Source: Candidatus Roizmanbacteria bacterium
GTDB taxonomy: Bacteria > Patescibacteriota > Microgenomatia > UBA1406
Assembly: GCA_024654535.1 (NCBI GenBank)
Contig: JANLHL010000038.1
Location: forward strand, 41,581 to 105,580
DNA length: 64,000 nt
Direction: 5' to 3'
Shown: positions 19,279 through 28,145 of the stretch, in pieces
Layout of the letters: each line of letters begins with the position of its first letter
Position numbering within the stretch: position 1 is the stretch's first letter
Program-made: the position numbers and the translations under genes
The notes under the pieces: generated by a model
Databases searched by the model: none
Told to the model about the DNA's origin: nothing
The model's input: the letters and a program-made list of their open reading frames with translations, nothing else

Positions 19279-19995
19279 ATGGACTTTACTATTCTCACCT
19301 ACAATGTTCTATTTGGGAAAGCAGTTGCCTTTGTTCCTCATTTGCTTGAAAAATACGAGCCTGATGTCGTTTGTTTGCAGGAATTTGAAATAACGGTAGA
19401 TAATATACAGCGCATAGAGCGGACTGGTTACTATTTAGCAGATTACTCACATTCATTTGTGAAATTTTTGAAGGTGTACGGAGTGGCGACCTTTTATAAT
19501 CCTAAAACGCTTAAGGCTAAAGATGGAGAGGTTATACCGTTATCACGTAGTTTTTATGAAATCATTCTCCTCATATTGGCAGTGAATCAAAAAAGGACAG
19601 TATTGAAAACCCAGTTTACTCATAAAAAAATAAAGAAAACTATTGACGTGTATAATTTGCACCTTACTATGCATGGCACCAATGCTGCCCGCTTGAAGCA
19701 GCTTGAAAAGGTCATGCAAAATATTGAGGAGACGAATGGCACTAGCCTTATCGTTGCAGGAGATTTTAATTATGCGTATAAAAGAAAGGCGCTCGAAAAA
19801 GTTATGAGAGCACACAAACTGCAAGAAGCGACACGGAATTTATTATATACACTCATTTGGAATTTTTTATGGTTTATTCCTGTTCCATTAAAACCCGACT
19901 ATATCTTGTATAAGGGTCTTACACTCAAAGAGACAATTCGCGAAAAAGAAACAATCTCAGATCATTTTCCAGTCGTCTCGCGTTTTACACTGTAA
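19279..19995 (+). CDS. Endonuclease/exonuclease/phosphatase family protein
   Basis: ILTYNV, DVVCLQE, NLHL, AGDFN, DYIL, SDHFPV. Confidence 0.92.
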   Translation: MDFTILTYNVLFGKAVAFVPHLLEKYEPDVVCLQEFEITVDNIQRIERTGYYLADYSHSFVKFLKVYGVATFYNPKTLKAKDGEVIPLSRSFYEIILLILAVNQKRTVLKTQFTHKKIKKTIDVYNLHLTMHGTNAARLKQLEKVMQNIEETNGTSLIVAGDFNYAYKRKALEKVMRAHKLQEATRNLLYTLIWNFLWFIPVPLKPDYILYKGLTLKETIREKETISDHFPVVSRFTL

Positions 19996-20021
19996 CGTAT
20001 CCCTTTTTTACATAATCTAAT

Positions 20022-20041
20022 AGATCCACAATTTATCCACA
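20022..20041 (+). promoter_or_regulatory. DnaA box(es)
   Basis: Perfect TTATCCACA at 20033-20041 and an adjacent 7/9 match AGATCCACA at 20022-20030. Confidence 0.45.
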
Positions 20042-20138
20042 TTAATTCTTAATTTGTCTATTTACTGTCAGGACAGCATATAGTATCTATCTTAAACTAT
20101 AGGTTATAAATATTTTGGGTGTAGAAATACTATAAGAC

Positions 20139-20168
20139 TTGACAAATGCTTGCTATATGCGGTACAGT
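20139..20168 (+). promoter_or_regulatory. Sigma70 promoter of the 44-aa ORF
   Basis: TTGACA-N18-TACAGT; ATG follows 6 nt later. Confidence 0.6.
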
Positions 20169-20174
20169 TATTGT

Positions 20175-20309
20175 ATGAAATTAAAAAGTGTTATTAAACT
20201 CTCTGTTGACAAGAAGGAAAGAGACATAAAAAAGAGAGATATCTTTAGAAAAGAGTTGAAGCAGTTGATGAAGTGGAAAGTTAAGGTTCCGTTGCAGTTC
20301 TACACATAA
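20175..20309 (+). CDS. Small basic protein, 44 aa (below the ORF-track cutoff)
   Basis: MKLKSVIKLSVDKKERDIKKRDIFRKELKQLMKWKVKVPLQFYT; has its own promoter and a downstream hairpin. Confidence 0.65.
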   Translation: MKLKSVIKLSVDKKERDIKKRDIFRKELKQLMKWKVKVPLQFYT

Positions 20310-20400
20310 AAAAAGAGCATCACTACCGCTCGCCCGGTGTTAAGATGAGCGACGAATAGTAATGCCCTTTAGTTAAGGCGATCCCTTTTTATGGGGATAC
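20308..20400 (-). ncRNA. Candidate ~90-nt structured sRNA
   Basis: Minus-strand TTGACA (20429-34), N16, TACAGT (20407-12) with extended TG; hairpin ATCCC/GGGAT; long stem GGGCATTACTA/TAGTGATGCTC followed by a U-run. Confidence 0.55.
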
Positions 20401-20521
20401 GATATCACTGTATCATATTGTATTTTTTTGTCAAATTTTTTGTTTTTACATTTCTTCAGTACAAGACTACTAGTGAATTGATATAATGTTTTTGTTTCGC
20501 TTAAAGCCGATAGCTACTCTT

Positions 20522-20609
20522 GGAGGAGTCGCATAGCCAGGTCCATTGCGAGGGGTTGCTAACCCCTTGAGCCGCAAGGCTCGCGTGGGTTCGAATCCCA
20601 CCTCCTCCG
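20522..20609 (+). tRNA. tRNA-Ser(GCT)
   Basis: GGAGGAG/CTCCTCC-G; AGGGG-TTGCTAA-CCCCT; variable arm GAGCC-GCAA-GGCTC. Confidence 0.96.
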
Positions 20610-20716
20610 CAACGTAAAAACGCTTATCACATTGTTCACAATAGCCAGAATAGAGCGAGTGGACAGGCTCACAAATTTGTTGAACCAGATAATTAAATAT
20701 GTTAGTGTAAAATTAC

Positions 20717-21538
20717 ATGGATCCTCAAATTCAAAACATCCCACCACAGTCTCAATTTCAACAACCTGTTTATCAAAATCCCTTATCAAAAATAATTCCT
20801 TTTATTATAGTTGGTTTTATTTTAATTATTAGTACCTTTAGCGCTTATTATTTGGGTACTAAACACATAAGTAAGCAACAAATTGTTATCACTCCTACTC
20901 AACCTAGTCCAACTGAGATAATTAAACCAACTCAAAATATTTCCATATCAAATAACACACTAACCTCAACCCCAACAGTAACTGTTAATAATGATATTTA
21001 TACCGAATGGACAACATACACTAATTCAAGATATAGCTATAGTTTAAAATACCCAAAAGAATTTGTGGTAGAAGAAAAAGAAATAAATATTTGTCCTACT
21101 CTTAATCCTCTTACACCTCCAATCAGCCCTGGCTGCATAACAATAGAAAAAAAAGGTGATCGCGTTATTATTTATAATAAAAATAGAGTGTCAAGAAATG
21201 GTAGTGACGCATATTCTGAAATTCTTCTTAAAATTAATAATAAACCTCAGGTAAAAGACGAAGCTTGTTATAGCTTGAATAAAGAGCCCCCATACAGAGA
21301 AATTATTATAAACGGTAAGAGTTTGTTTGAACGTATAGATAGTAATGGCAATTTTGCATATTTGATTGTAGATTACAATAAGAAGAAAGATCCAAACGAA
21401 GAAGGCTTTTATTTATATTGTGAAACCATAGGTATTCCTATCAATAATTATTCCTTACTAATAAATGCAAATATAGGTGGGGTAGCTAAAGAGGATCAAG
21501 AAATAATGAGAATAATTATAGAATCTATTTCTTTTTAA
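20717..21538 (+). CDS. Membrane-anchored extracellular hypothetical protein (AT-rich gene)
   Basis: TM, Pro/Thr linker, WTTYTNSRYSYSLKYP, and a C-terminal IIESISF of the kind seen in CPR surface proteins. Confidence 0.8.
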   Translation: MDPQIQNIPPQSQFQQPVYQNPLSKIIPFIIVGFILIISTFSAYYLGTKHISKQQIVITPTQPSPTEIIKPTQNISISNNTLTSTPTVTVNNDIYTEWTTYTNSRYSYSLKYPKEFVVEEKEINICPTLNPLTPPISPGCITIEKKGDRVIIYNKNRVSRNGSDAYSEILLKINNKPQVKDEACYSLNKEPPYREIIINGKSLFERIDSNGNFAYLIVDYNKKKDPNEEGFYLYCETIGIPINNYSLLINANIGGVAKEDQEIMRIIIESISF

Positions 21539-22115
21539 AACTATTTAAGCTGTATTCGATGAACCCCACTAAATTTCTATATGTAATCGTTTGAAGATAT
21601 TATACATATAAGTTTCTATTAAGTTTCATTCTGGGAACCCTGTGCTCATAAATAGAATATCATTTTTAGGATATACGTCGTAATAGACTCTCTTGTTTTT
21701 TATACTGTCCCAAATGTCCCCGTTAGCCTTCAGTTATAAGGACAGATTTGTTCTAGACCCGGTTGTTCCGCCAAAGATCTATAGTATTGGATGATCTAAG
21801 TACTATCGCTGTCTCAGTTCTTCTAGGAAGTTAATGGGAAAAATATATCTTTTAAACAGTCCTGTAGAATGAAAAACCGCCCAAAAACCCCTCAAGGGAA
21901 ATGTCGTTGGTTTTAACCTTTTCGTGTTATCTAGGTTGTTCTATCCTTCCCTGTGGAGGTATGAATTTCGTTCGAATCCCTCTCTCTGGACACTTTGATA
22001 AACTCAACGTAGGCTTAGAATAGGAAAGAGACAAAAACCGTTGCCTTAACCCTTCTTGCCATTAAAAAAGATTAAAATCTCTAATACACTGAAATAATTC
22101 TCTCTTACCTAATTT

Positions 22116-22151
22116 GTGTGAGTTAGATTACTTAATATATGAATGTAGAAT
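22116..22151 (+). promoter_or_regulatory. Crp-type operator plus -10 element
   Basis: GTGTGAGTTAGATTAC (22116-22131) matches 4654-4669 at 14 of 16 positions; TAGAAT at 22146-22151. Confidence 0.6.
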
Positions 22152-22250
22152 GACTGTTTAACACACCTCTTATTCGTACAATGCCTTTAGGTAACGCAGA
22201 AATAACGAAGATTTATAAATTGAATTTTTATGAAAGGTAGGTGAATATAG

Positions 22251-22397
22251 ATGGGACTAATAGATTTTATTATAGTTATATTAATAATTTCATGGTTGGG
22301 AGGATTTGCTCTTCACATAGGTGGTGGACTTATACATTTAATCCTTGTTATTGCTTTAATTGTGCTTGTTGCTCGTGTATTAGGTTTTAGTGTGTGA
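22251..22397 (+). CDS. lmo0937-family small membrane protein (48 aa)
   Basis: MGLIDFIIVILIISWLGGFALHIGGGLIHLILVIALIVLVARVLGFSV; SD AAGGTAGGTG. Confidence 0.85.
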   Translation: MGLIDFIIVILIISWLGGFALHIGGGLIHLILVIALIVLVARVLGFSV

Positions 22398-22430
22398 TGC
22401 ATTAATTAAATTATTAAATTTTAAAAAAAT

Positions 22431-22610
22431 ATGAATATTAAAACAAAGTTAGATATTGCTAAACAAAAGGTTGTAGGAGTTGCTCAACAGGTTAAAGGTG
22501 AAGCTGAAGTAATGTCAGGAAAACAAGTAAAAGGAAATGTAGATAAAATTCGCGGAAAGGCTAACGAAATGGCAGCTGATTTCAGAAGTAAGGTAGAAAA
22601 CGCTAAATAA
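22431..22610 (+). CDS. CsbD-like general stress protein (59 aa)
   Basis: KVVGVAQQVKGEAEVMSG..KGNVDKIRGKANE. Confidence 0.75.
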   Translation: MNIKTKLDIAKQKVVGVAQQVKGEAEVMSGKQVKGNVDKIRGKANEMAADFRSKVENAK

Positions 22611-22620
22611 TAAAATAAAT

Positions 22621-23841
22621 ATGATGAAAGAAGCAACTTTTCAATATCAAAACATTATGAAAATAATGTATTATTCAAAGTATCTTCTAATTTCGTTGCT
22701 CATTATTTTGATGCAGCTTATTTTTATACCTCCACACATAGCGTATGCAGCCACTTCACCAGACCTTGGACAAGCTGCCAGTTTCTCGGTTTTGGGTTTT
22801 TCAGACGTAACCAATACCGGTACAACTTCCCTTTCCGGAGACCTAGGTGTTTGGTCAGGTAGTTCAATTACTGGGGGAGGGACCATTAATGTCGGTGGAG
22901 CCACACATACCACCGATTCAGTAGCGCAACAAGCACAAGCTGATGCAGGCACTGCAGACGGCAGTTTAACAGGTCAGGCCAATACAGGTGGTAGTCTCGG
23001 GGCTCTCGATTCGTTGGTTCTTGTTCCTGGTGTTTACGATTTAGCAGCAGGATCATTAGGTGGAGGTGTACTTACTCTTGACGGTCCAGGCGTCTACATA
23101 TTCAGGACAACCAGTACTCTCGTATCCGCTGGCTCGGTAAGCTTGATCAATGGAGCTCGGGCTTGTGACGTATTTTGGCATGTCCAAACTGCAGCGACTA
23201 TCAATGGTAGTTCGTTTGTGGGAACAATTATCGCAAAGACAGGCATCCAATTTGGTACAGGAGTAAGCTTAAACGGTCGAGCCTTAGCAATCGGGTCTGC
23301 TGTAACACTGCAGGGCAACGCAATCTCCGGGCCTTCCTGTGCAGCAGCCTCATCTTCCAGCTCATCATCTAATTCGTCATCCAATTCATTCCCTTTCGCT
23401 CCAGTTTGTGTCGATTCTGCTCCATCAAACAGTCCAAATCTTTTTCAAATAGACCGAGCAGGAAGTAAGGCAACAGTATATTTCACCCCAGTAAATGACC
23501 ATTTATCTTACTACTATATCGCATATGGTTTGAGTCCTGGGGATGAGCGGTATGGTGTATCTTTTCCAGCTAGTCTTTCAAGTGGAGTTGTTAACTTTAC
23601 TATAAATGATTTAAATCCAGATACAACTTATTTCTTTAAGGTTCGTGGTGGGAGTGGTTGTGCGCCGGGAGAATGGTCCAACAATAAAGAATCTAATTCT
23701 AAGAACCCAATGCTTCCAAACACAGGAAACGGACCTCAAAAAAGTACAATCCCATGGCAAATTCCAGTGGGTGTTTTCATCGGAATATCAACTCTCCTTG
23801 TTTTAATTCAAAAAAAACAGAGATGTTCATCCAGTTCTTGA
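22621..23841 (+). CDS. DUF3494 ice-binding-like protein with FN3 domain and LPXTG sorting signal
   Basis: Signal peptide ending AYA; LGQAASFSVLG..VTNTGTT..GDLGV, LVPGVY, LTLDG..YIFR, ACDVFW, FVGTIIA, LNGRALA; FN3 (INDLNPDTTYFFKVRG); LPNTG, TM, KKQR. Exact start is uncertain. Confidence 0.9.
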   Translation: MMKEATFQYQNIMKIMYYSKYLLISLLIILMQLIFIPPHIAYAATSPDLGQAASFSVLGFSDVTNTGTTSLSGDLGVWSGSSITGGGTINVGGATHTTDSVAQQAQADAGTADGSLTGQANTGGSLGALDSLVLVPGVYDLAAGSLGGGVLTLDGPGVYIFRTTSTLVSAGSVSLINGARACDVFWHVQTAATINGSSFVGTIIAKTGIQFGTGVSLNGRALAIGSAVTLQGNAISGPSCAAASSSSSSSNSSSNSFPFAPVCVDSAPSNSPNLFQIDRAGSKATVYFTPVNDHLSYYYIAYGLSPGDERYGVSFPASLSSGVVNFTINDLNPDTTYFFKVRGGSGCAPGEWSNNKESNSKNPMLPNTGNGPQKSTIPWQIPVGVFIGISTLLVLIQKKQRCSSSS

Positions 23842-24425
23842 AAACGCAGGTTCGACGGCCTTTGTTACTGTCCATATTTGTTGCATTCTCCCTGATACTT
23901 CTTCTCTATAATGCTTTAGGAACATATGAACAGATGAAATTTCAAAACTCATCTAAACAAAAGCAGGGAACCGTTAAGACTGCCCAAGGATTGCCAATAC
24001 GTTTAATAATCCCAAAAATCAATGTTGACGCGCGTATTGAATACATGGGCGTTACGGCAACAGGAGCTATGGAGGTTCCCGATACTGCCGTTAATGTGGG
24101 ATGGTTTAAACTGGGCCCTCGACCTGGTGAACACGGAAGCGCAGTCATCGCGGGTCATTTTGACGGAAAAAATGGAGAAGCAGGGGTATTTATAAATCTA
24201 TATACTCTAAAAAAGGGTGACAAAATATACGTCGAAGATAGCAAAGGAACATCTGTTGCCTTCGTCGTTCGGGAAAGCCGTATCTATATCCCCAGTTACG
24301 CAAATGATGTTTTTAGCTCGAGTAGTAGCGCTCATCTTAATCTTATCACCTGCGACGGTGTATGGAATGGAGTTAAAAAAAGTTATAGCAAGCGTTTGGT
24401 AATATTCACCGATTTGATACGATAG
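23823..24425 (+). CDS. Class F sortase
   Basis: PIRLIIPKINVDA, VGWF..GPRPGEHGSAVIAGH, LNLITC, KRLVIF; His/Cys/Arg triad present. Confidence 0.92.
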   Translation: MFIQFLKTQVRRPLLLSIFVAFSLILLLYNALGTYEQMKFQNSSKQKQGTVKTAQGLPIRLIIPKINVDARIEYMGVTATGAMEVPDTAVNVGWFKLGPRPGEHGSAVIAGHFDGKNGEAGVFINLYTLKKGDKIYVEDSKGTSVAFVVRESRIYIPSYANDVFSSSSSAHLNLITCDGVWNGVKKSYSKRLVIFTDLIR

Positions 24426-24527
24426 AGATTATCCGTACTGTATAATGTGCCTATTAGCCCTCTCAAATAGTAGAATGAATATGGATAGGAAGGGGACTTA
24501 GAATTTATTGGAAAGGAGGTGAAACAT

Positions 24528-24734
24528 ATGGCAAGCATAATGGATATTAGTGAATCTTTGGCAAAAGAAGGAAGGCTCGCTCAAGATTATGTGAAGTTTC
24601 GTAATGAAGCTGTGAATATAGACTTTAAGAATGATTTAAAACGACTAGAAAAACTTACAGTTGAGAAAATGAGAATTTTACACAAAATAATAAAAGAAGG
24701 ACCATGGCTTAAACACGAAGGAGGTATCACATAA
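24528..24734 (+). CDS. Small helical hypothetical protein
   Basis: Strong SD GGAGGTG; 68 aa. Confidence 0.65.
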   Translation: MASIMDISESLAKEGRLAQDYVKFRNEAVNIDFKNDLKRLEKLTVEKMRILHKIIKEGPWLKHEGGIT

Positions 24735-24845
24735 AATTTTCACAAACTGTCTTTTGGTATACAGCATATAAATATGCCCGATAGTTGTTTTTGTTTCTAC
24801 TTACTTTGACCCATTTAGTTCCTTGAATACGGTACAATAGCCACT

Positions 24846-25706
24846 ATGAACTGGTTTATTTACACCATGACCGTAGTGTTCCTTTTTACCACATATAATT
24901 TACTCCAGAGAAAACTAGCTGTACATGCAAAAAACCCTCGAGCTATGGCAGTTATATTTAATGGCATTGCGGCGACAATGGCCTTAGTGATTTTTATTAT
25001 TGGTGGTTCATATAAAAATTTCAGTTTGCCGACACAATCAGAGGCGTGGATAGCGCTTTTCGTAGCCATATTTTGTTATGGCATGTTTGAGCGGTATAAG
25101 TTTACTGCGGCCAAACTACTTGACGCTTCGGTTCTTTCTACCATTGGAAACCTAAGTGTGCTTGTTGCTGTAGTTGGGTCACTATTTATATATGCAGAAA
25201 ATTTTTCGACCAATAAGCTTATTGGTAGCATATTGATTATTCTGTCTCTCTTTCTTGTCTCGTTTAGCAAAAAATGGGTAAAGTTGTCTACAAAAGGAAT
25301 CTTAGCCGCTCTGTTTATCAACATAATGCTCGGCATAGGATGGATGCTCGACAAAAAAGGAGCGGAGTATTTTAATATAAATACATACAATATTTTTGTA
25401 TGGACAGTTCCTATACTATTTGTCTACTTCCCTCACATCCCGTTTAAGGTCTTGAAAGAGGAACTAAAAACTGCCTCGTGGAAGATTTATTTACTCGCCG
25501 CTATTAATGTAGCTGGCTATTTACTTCAATTAAAAGCACTGACACTTGCAGAGGCGACAAGGGTTATTCCCATAGTCCAAACATCGACGCTTTTTACGGT
25601 TATTATTGGCGTTATTGTATTGAAAGAGCGAGACAGCGTGGTAAAAAAAATTATTGCTAGTTGCATGGCGGTGGTTGGTGTCTATTTTTTGAGTGTTACT
25701 CATTGA
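24846..25706 (+). CDS. EamA/DMT family transporter
   Basis: About 10 TM segments in two repeats; VIVLKER motif. Confidence 0.88.
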   Translation: MNWFIYTMTVVFLFTTYNLLQRKLAVHAKNPRAMAVIFNGIAATMALVIFIIGGSYKNFSLPTQSEAWIALFVAIFCYGMFERYKFTAAKLLDASVLSTIGNLSVLVAVVGSLFIYAENFSTNKLIGSILIILSLFLVSFSKKWVKLSTKGILAALFINIMLGIGWMLDKKGAEYFNINTYNIFVWTVPILFVYFPHIPFKVLKEELKTASWKIYLLAAINVAGYLLQLKALTLAEATRVIPIVQTSTLFTVIIGVIVLKERDSVVKKIIASCMAVVGVYFLSVTH

Positions 25707-25712
25707 TTCGCT

Positions 25713-26462
25713 ATGAAAAAAATACTAAAGACACAGAGCTTTGAGCTTGCGATATATACGAAAGGTAATACGGAAGCCTCAAAGCTAGCTCTTGTTTTGC
25801 CCGGTAAGCTTGATACAAAAGACTATCCTCACATGCGAAGTCATGTGGAGTATTTAGCAAAAAGAGGTTATTATGCCCTCTCTTTTGATCCTCCAGGAAC
25901 GTGGGAAAGCAAAGGGGATATTAGTTTGTATACGGTATCTAATTATCAGAAAGCCGTCAACGAGATAATAGAATATTTTAGCAATAGGCCCACTTTTTTA
26001 GTTGGGCATAGTCGTGGAGGGAGTATTGCAATGCTCGCAGGTACTGCAAATCCGTATGTACACTGTTTTGCTTCGATAATGTCTTTCTATACTTTTCTGC
26101 CAACAATTCATGGCGAGTACCCCGATAACATATGGAAAAAGAAAGGGTATACATTGTCAAAAAGGGATATCCCAGGACAAAGCGTCTATAAGGTAAAACT
26201 ATATAAACTCCCGTATAGCTTTCTTGAAGATCAAATTATGTACGATATGAGCAGCGCTCTTAGTATTTCAATAAAGCCAAAATTATTTATTTTTGGCACA
26301 AAAGACACCCTTGTTACACCAGAAATTGTAAAAAAAGGCTATGATATTTCAGCCGAACCCAAACAAATAAAGGAGCTTAATTCAGACCACAATTATAGAT
26401 CGAGCTCAGAGTTAATTCAGCAAGTGAATAAAAAGCTCGGTGAATTTCTAGATAGTATATAA
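25713..26462 (+). CDS. Alpha/beta hydrolase
   Basis: GHSRG nucleophile elbow, GTKD, SDHNY. Confidence 0.88.
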   Translation: MKKILKTQSFELAIYTKGNTEASKLALVLPGKLDTKDYPHMRSHVEYLAKRGYYALSFDPPGTWESKGDISLYTVSNYQKAVNEIIEYFSNRPTFLVGHSRGGSIAMLAGTANPYVHCFASIMSFYTFLPTIHGEYPDNIWKKKGYTLSKRDIPGQSVYKVKLYKLPYSFLEDQIMYDMSSALSISIKPKLFIFGTKDTLVTPEIVKKGYDISAEPKQIKELNSDHNYRSSSELIQQVNKKLGEFLDSI

Positions 26463-26469
26463 TCCACGT

Positions 26470-27327
26470 ATGGCGAAAATAGCATATCAAGGCGTAGAGG
26501 GTGCATATAGCCATATCGCATCTGTCGAGCAGTTTGGTTCTCAAAATACATTTATAGGAGTCAGCGATTTTCCAGCGCTTTTTGAAGAGGTAACCACCCG
26601 CCGCGCAGATTTTGGCGTGGTACCAATTGAGAATAGTTTAGCTGGTTCTGTTATTGAAAATTTTGATCTTTTGTACAAAAACGAGGTATACATAATTGCT
26701 GAACGATATGTGCGCATAGAGCATCAACTACTCGGTATCTCTATAGAGGGAACAGAAAACGAATTGAGAATGTCACAACTTACGCAGGTTTTTTCTCACC
26801 CCAAAGCGCTTGAACAATGTTTGACGTTTTTTAAAGAACACCCGTCTGTGCAAAAGATGCCTTACGAAGACACAGCCGGTGCCGCCAAATATGTAAAACA
26901 AATGGGGAAAAAAGAATGTGGAGCAATGGCAAGCAAGCAAGCGGCAGATTTGTACGGATTGTCAATTCTTAAGAGAAACGTTGAAGATAACCCCAATAAT
27001 TGGACACGATTCGTCATAATTGTTCCAGACAAGCAGGATATAGTGGGCAAAGACGGAGAGGGAACATACAAATGTTCGGCTATCTTTACTCTTCAGAATA
27101 GGCCAGGAGCTTTGTATACCATACTTGGCTACTTTGCGAAAGAAAACTTGAATTTAACAAAGATAGAGTCGCGACCAATACAAGGCACACAGTTTGAACA
27201 TTTTTTCTATGTCGACTTTGAATTTACTGCGCTTCAACATGAACTGGTACATTCTGTACTCGATCAACTGAAGGAGCAGGTGAATTCACTCAAAGTGTTG
27301 GGTTACTACAAAAAGCACACCATTTAA
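26470..27327 (+). CDS. pheA: Prephenate dehydratase with ACT domain
   Basis: IAYQGVEGAYS, PIENSLAG, SHPKALEQC, NWTRF, LTKIESRP. Confidence 0.95.
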   Translation: MAKIAYQGVEGAYSHIASVEQFGSQNTFIGVSDFPALFEEVTTRRADFGVVPIENSLAGSVIENFDLLYKNEVYIIAERYVRIEHQLLGISIEGTENELRMSQLTQVFSHPKALEQCLTFFKEHPSVQKMPYEDTAGAAKYVKQMGKKECGAMASKQAADLYGLSILKRNVEDNPNNWTRFVIIVPDKQDIVGKDGEGTYKCSAIFTLQNRPGALYTILGYFAKENLNLTKIESRPIQGTQFEHFFYVDFEFTALQHELVHSVLDQLKEQVNSLKVLGYYKKHTI

Positions 27328-27362
27328 AGACATGTTTGGCCGCTCCCTGCTATAATTTCATT

Positions 27363-28145
27363 GTGACTAAGTATATTCGCGTGCTACAAACAACAGTCAG
27401 TGAGATATTTTCGTATCCTTTGAGTGTTTTTATGTGGCGGTTTCGTTTACTTGTACAACTTCTTATAATCTACATGTTGTGGAATAGTGTATTTGCACAA
27501 ACAGATACAATTTTTGGATACTCGAAACAGTATATGATGAGTTACATTTTGGGCGTAACAGTGGTAAGTGCGATTACCACAACTATGCGTACTACCGATG
27601 TGGCAGGCGATGTACTAAAAGGAACGGTAGTAAATTATCTTATTAAACCAATTTCTTTTTTTAAGTACTTATTGGCGAGAGAAGCGGCGGATAAGCTCAT
27701 ACATGTACCACTGGCCGTGATTGAGATTGGGTTTCTGCTTATTTTTTTTCATCCTCCACTGTATATTCCAACCAGTATTACGTCATATTTCCTTTTTTTC
27801 CTGAGCATAGTCATGGGTTGGTGCATATCATTTTTTATTTCACTTGCGTTGTCGTTTATTGCATTTTGGACAACAGAAGTATGGGCTCCTCGTTTTATAT
27901 TTACTGTTGTCGTATCTTTTGTCGCTGGATCATTATTTCCACTCGATATTTTACCAAAACCATTGTATGCGGCCCTTCTCATTACTCCGTTTCCATATTT
28001 TTTTTATGCACCGACTGCCATAGCACTTGGGAAAGCCCCCTGGACACTATTAATGGGATCCGGTATATGGCTTATTATTTCTTTCATGCTTGCTCGATTT
28101 ATTTGGCAAAAAGGTATTAAGGAGTTTAGTTTTTACGGAATATGA
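27363..28145 (+). CDS. ABC-2 family permease (DUF990-like)
   Basis: YLIKPIS, GSLFPLDILP, ITPFPY. GTG start 6 nt after TATAAT. Confidence 0.85.
   Translation: MTKYIRVLQTTVSEIFSYPLSVFMWRFRLLVQLLIIYMLWNSVFAQTDTIFGYSKQYMMSYILGVTVVSAITTTMRTTDVAGDVLKGTVVNYLIKPISFFKYLLAREAADKLIHVPLAVIEIGFLLIFFHPPLYIPTSITSYFLFFLSIVMGWCISFFISLALSFIAFWTTEVWAPRFIFTVVVSFVAGSLFPLDILPKPLYAALLITPFPYFFYAPTAIALGKAPWTLLMGSGIWLIISFMLARFIWQKGIKEFSFYGI

Noticed and set aside
20559..20832. ORFs 20559-20789 (-) and 20632-20832 (+)
   Set aside because: Shadow ORFs; RRRWDSNPR is the usual antisense-tRNA translation.
21560..21840. Possible minus-strand pseudogene (DIWDSIKNKRVYYDVYPK...)
   Set aside because: Short, stop-interrupted, and no family recognised without BLASTX.
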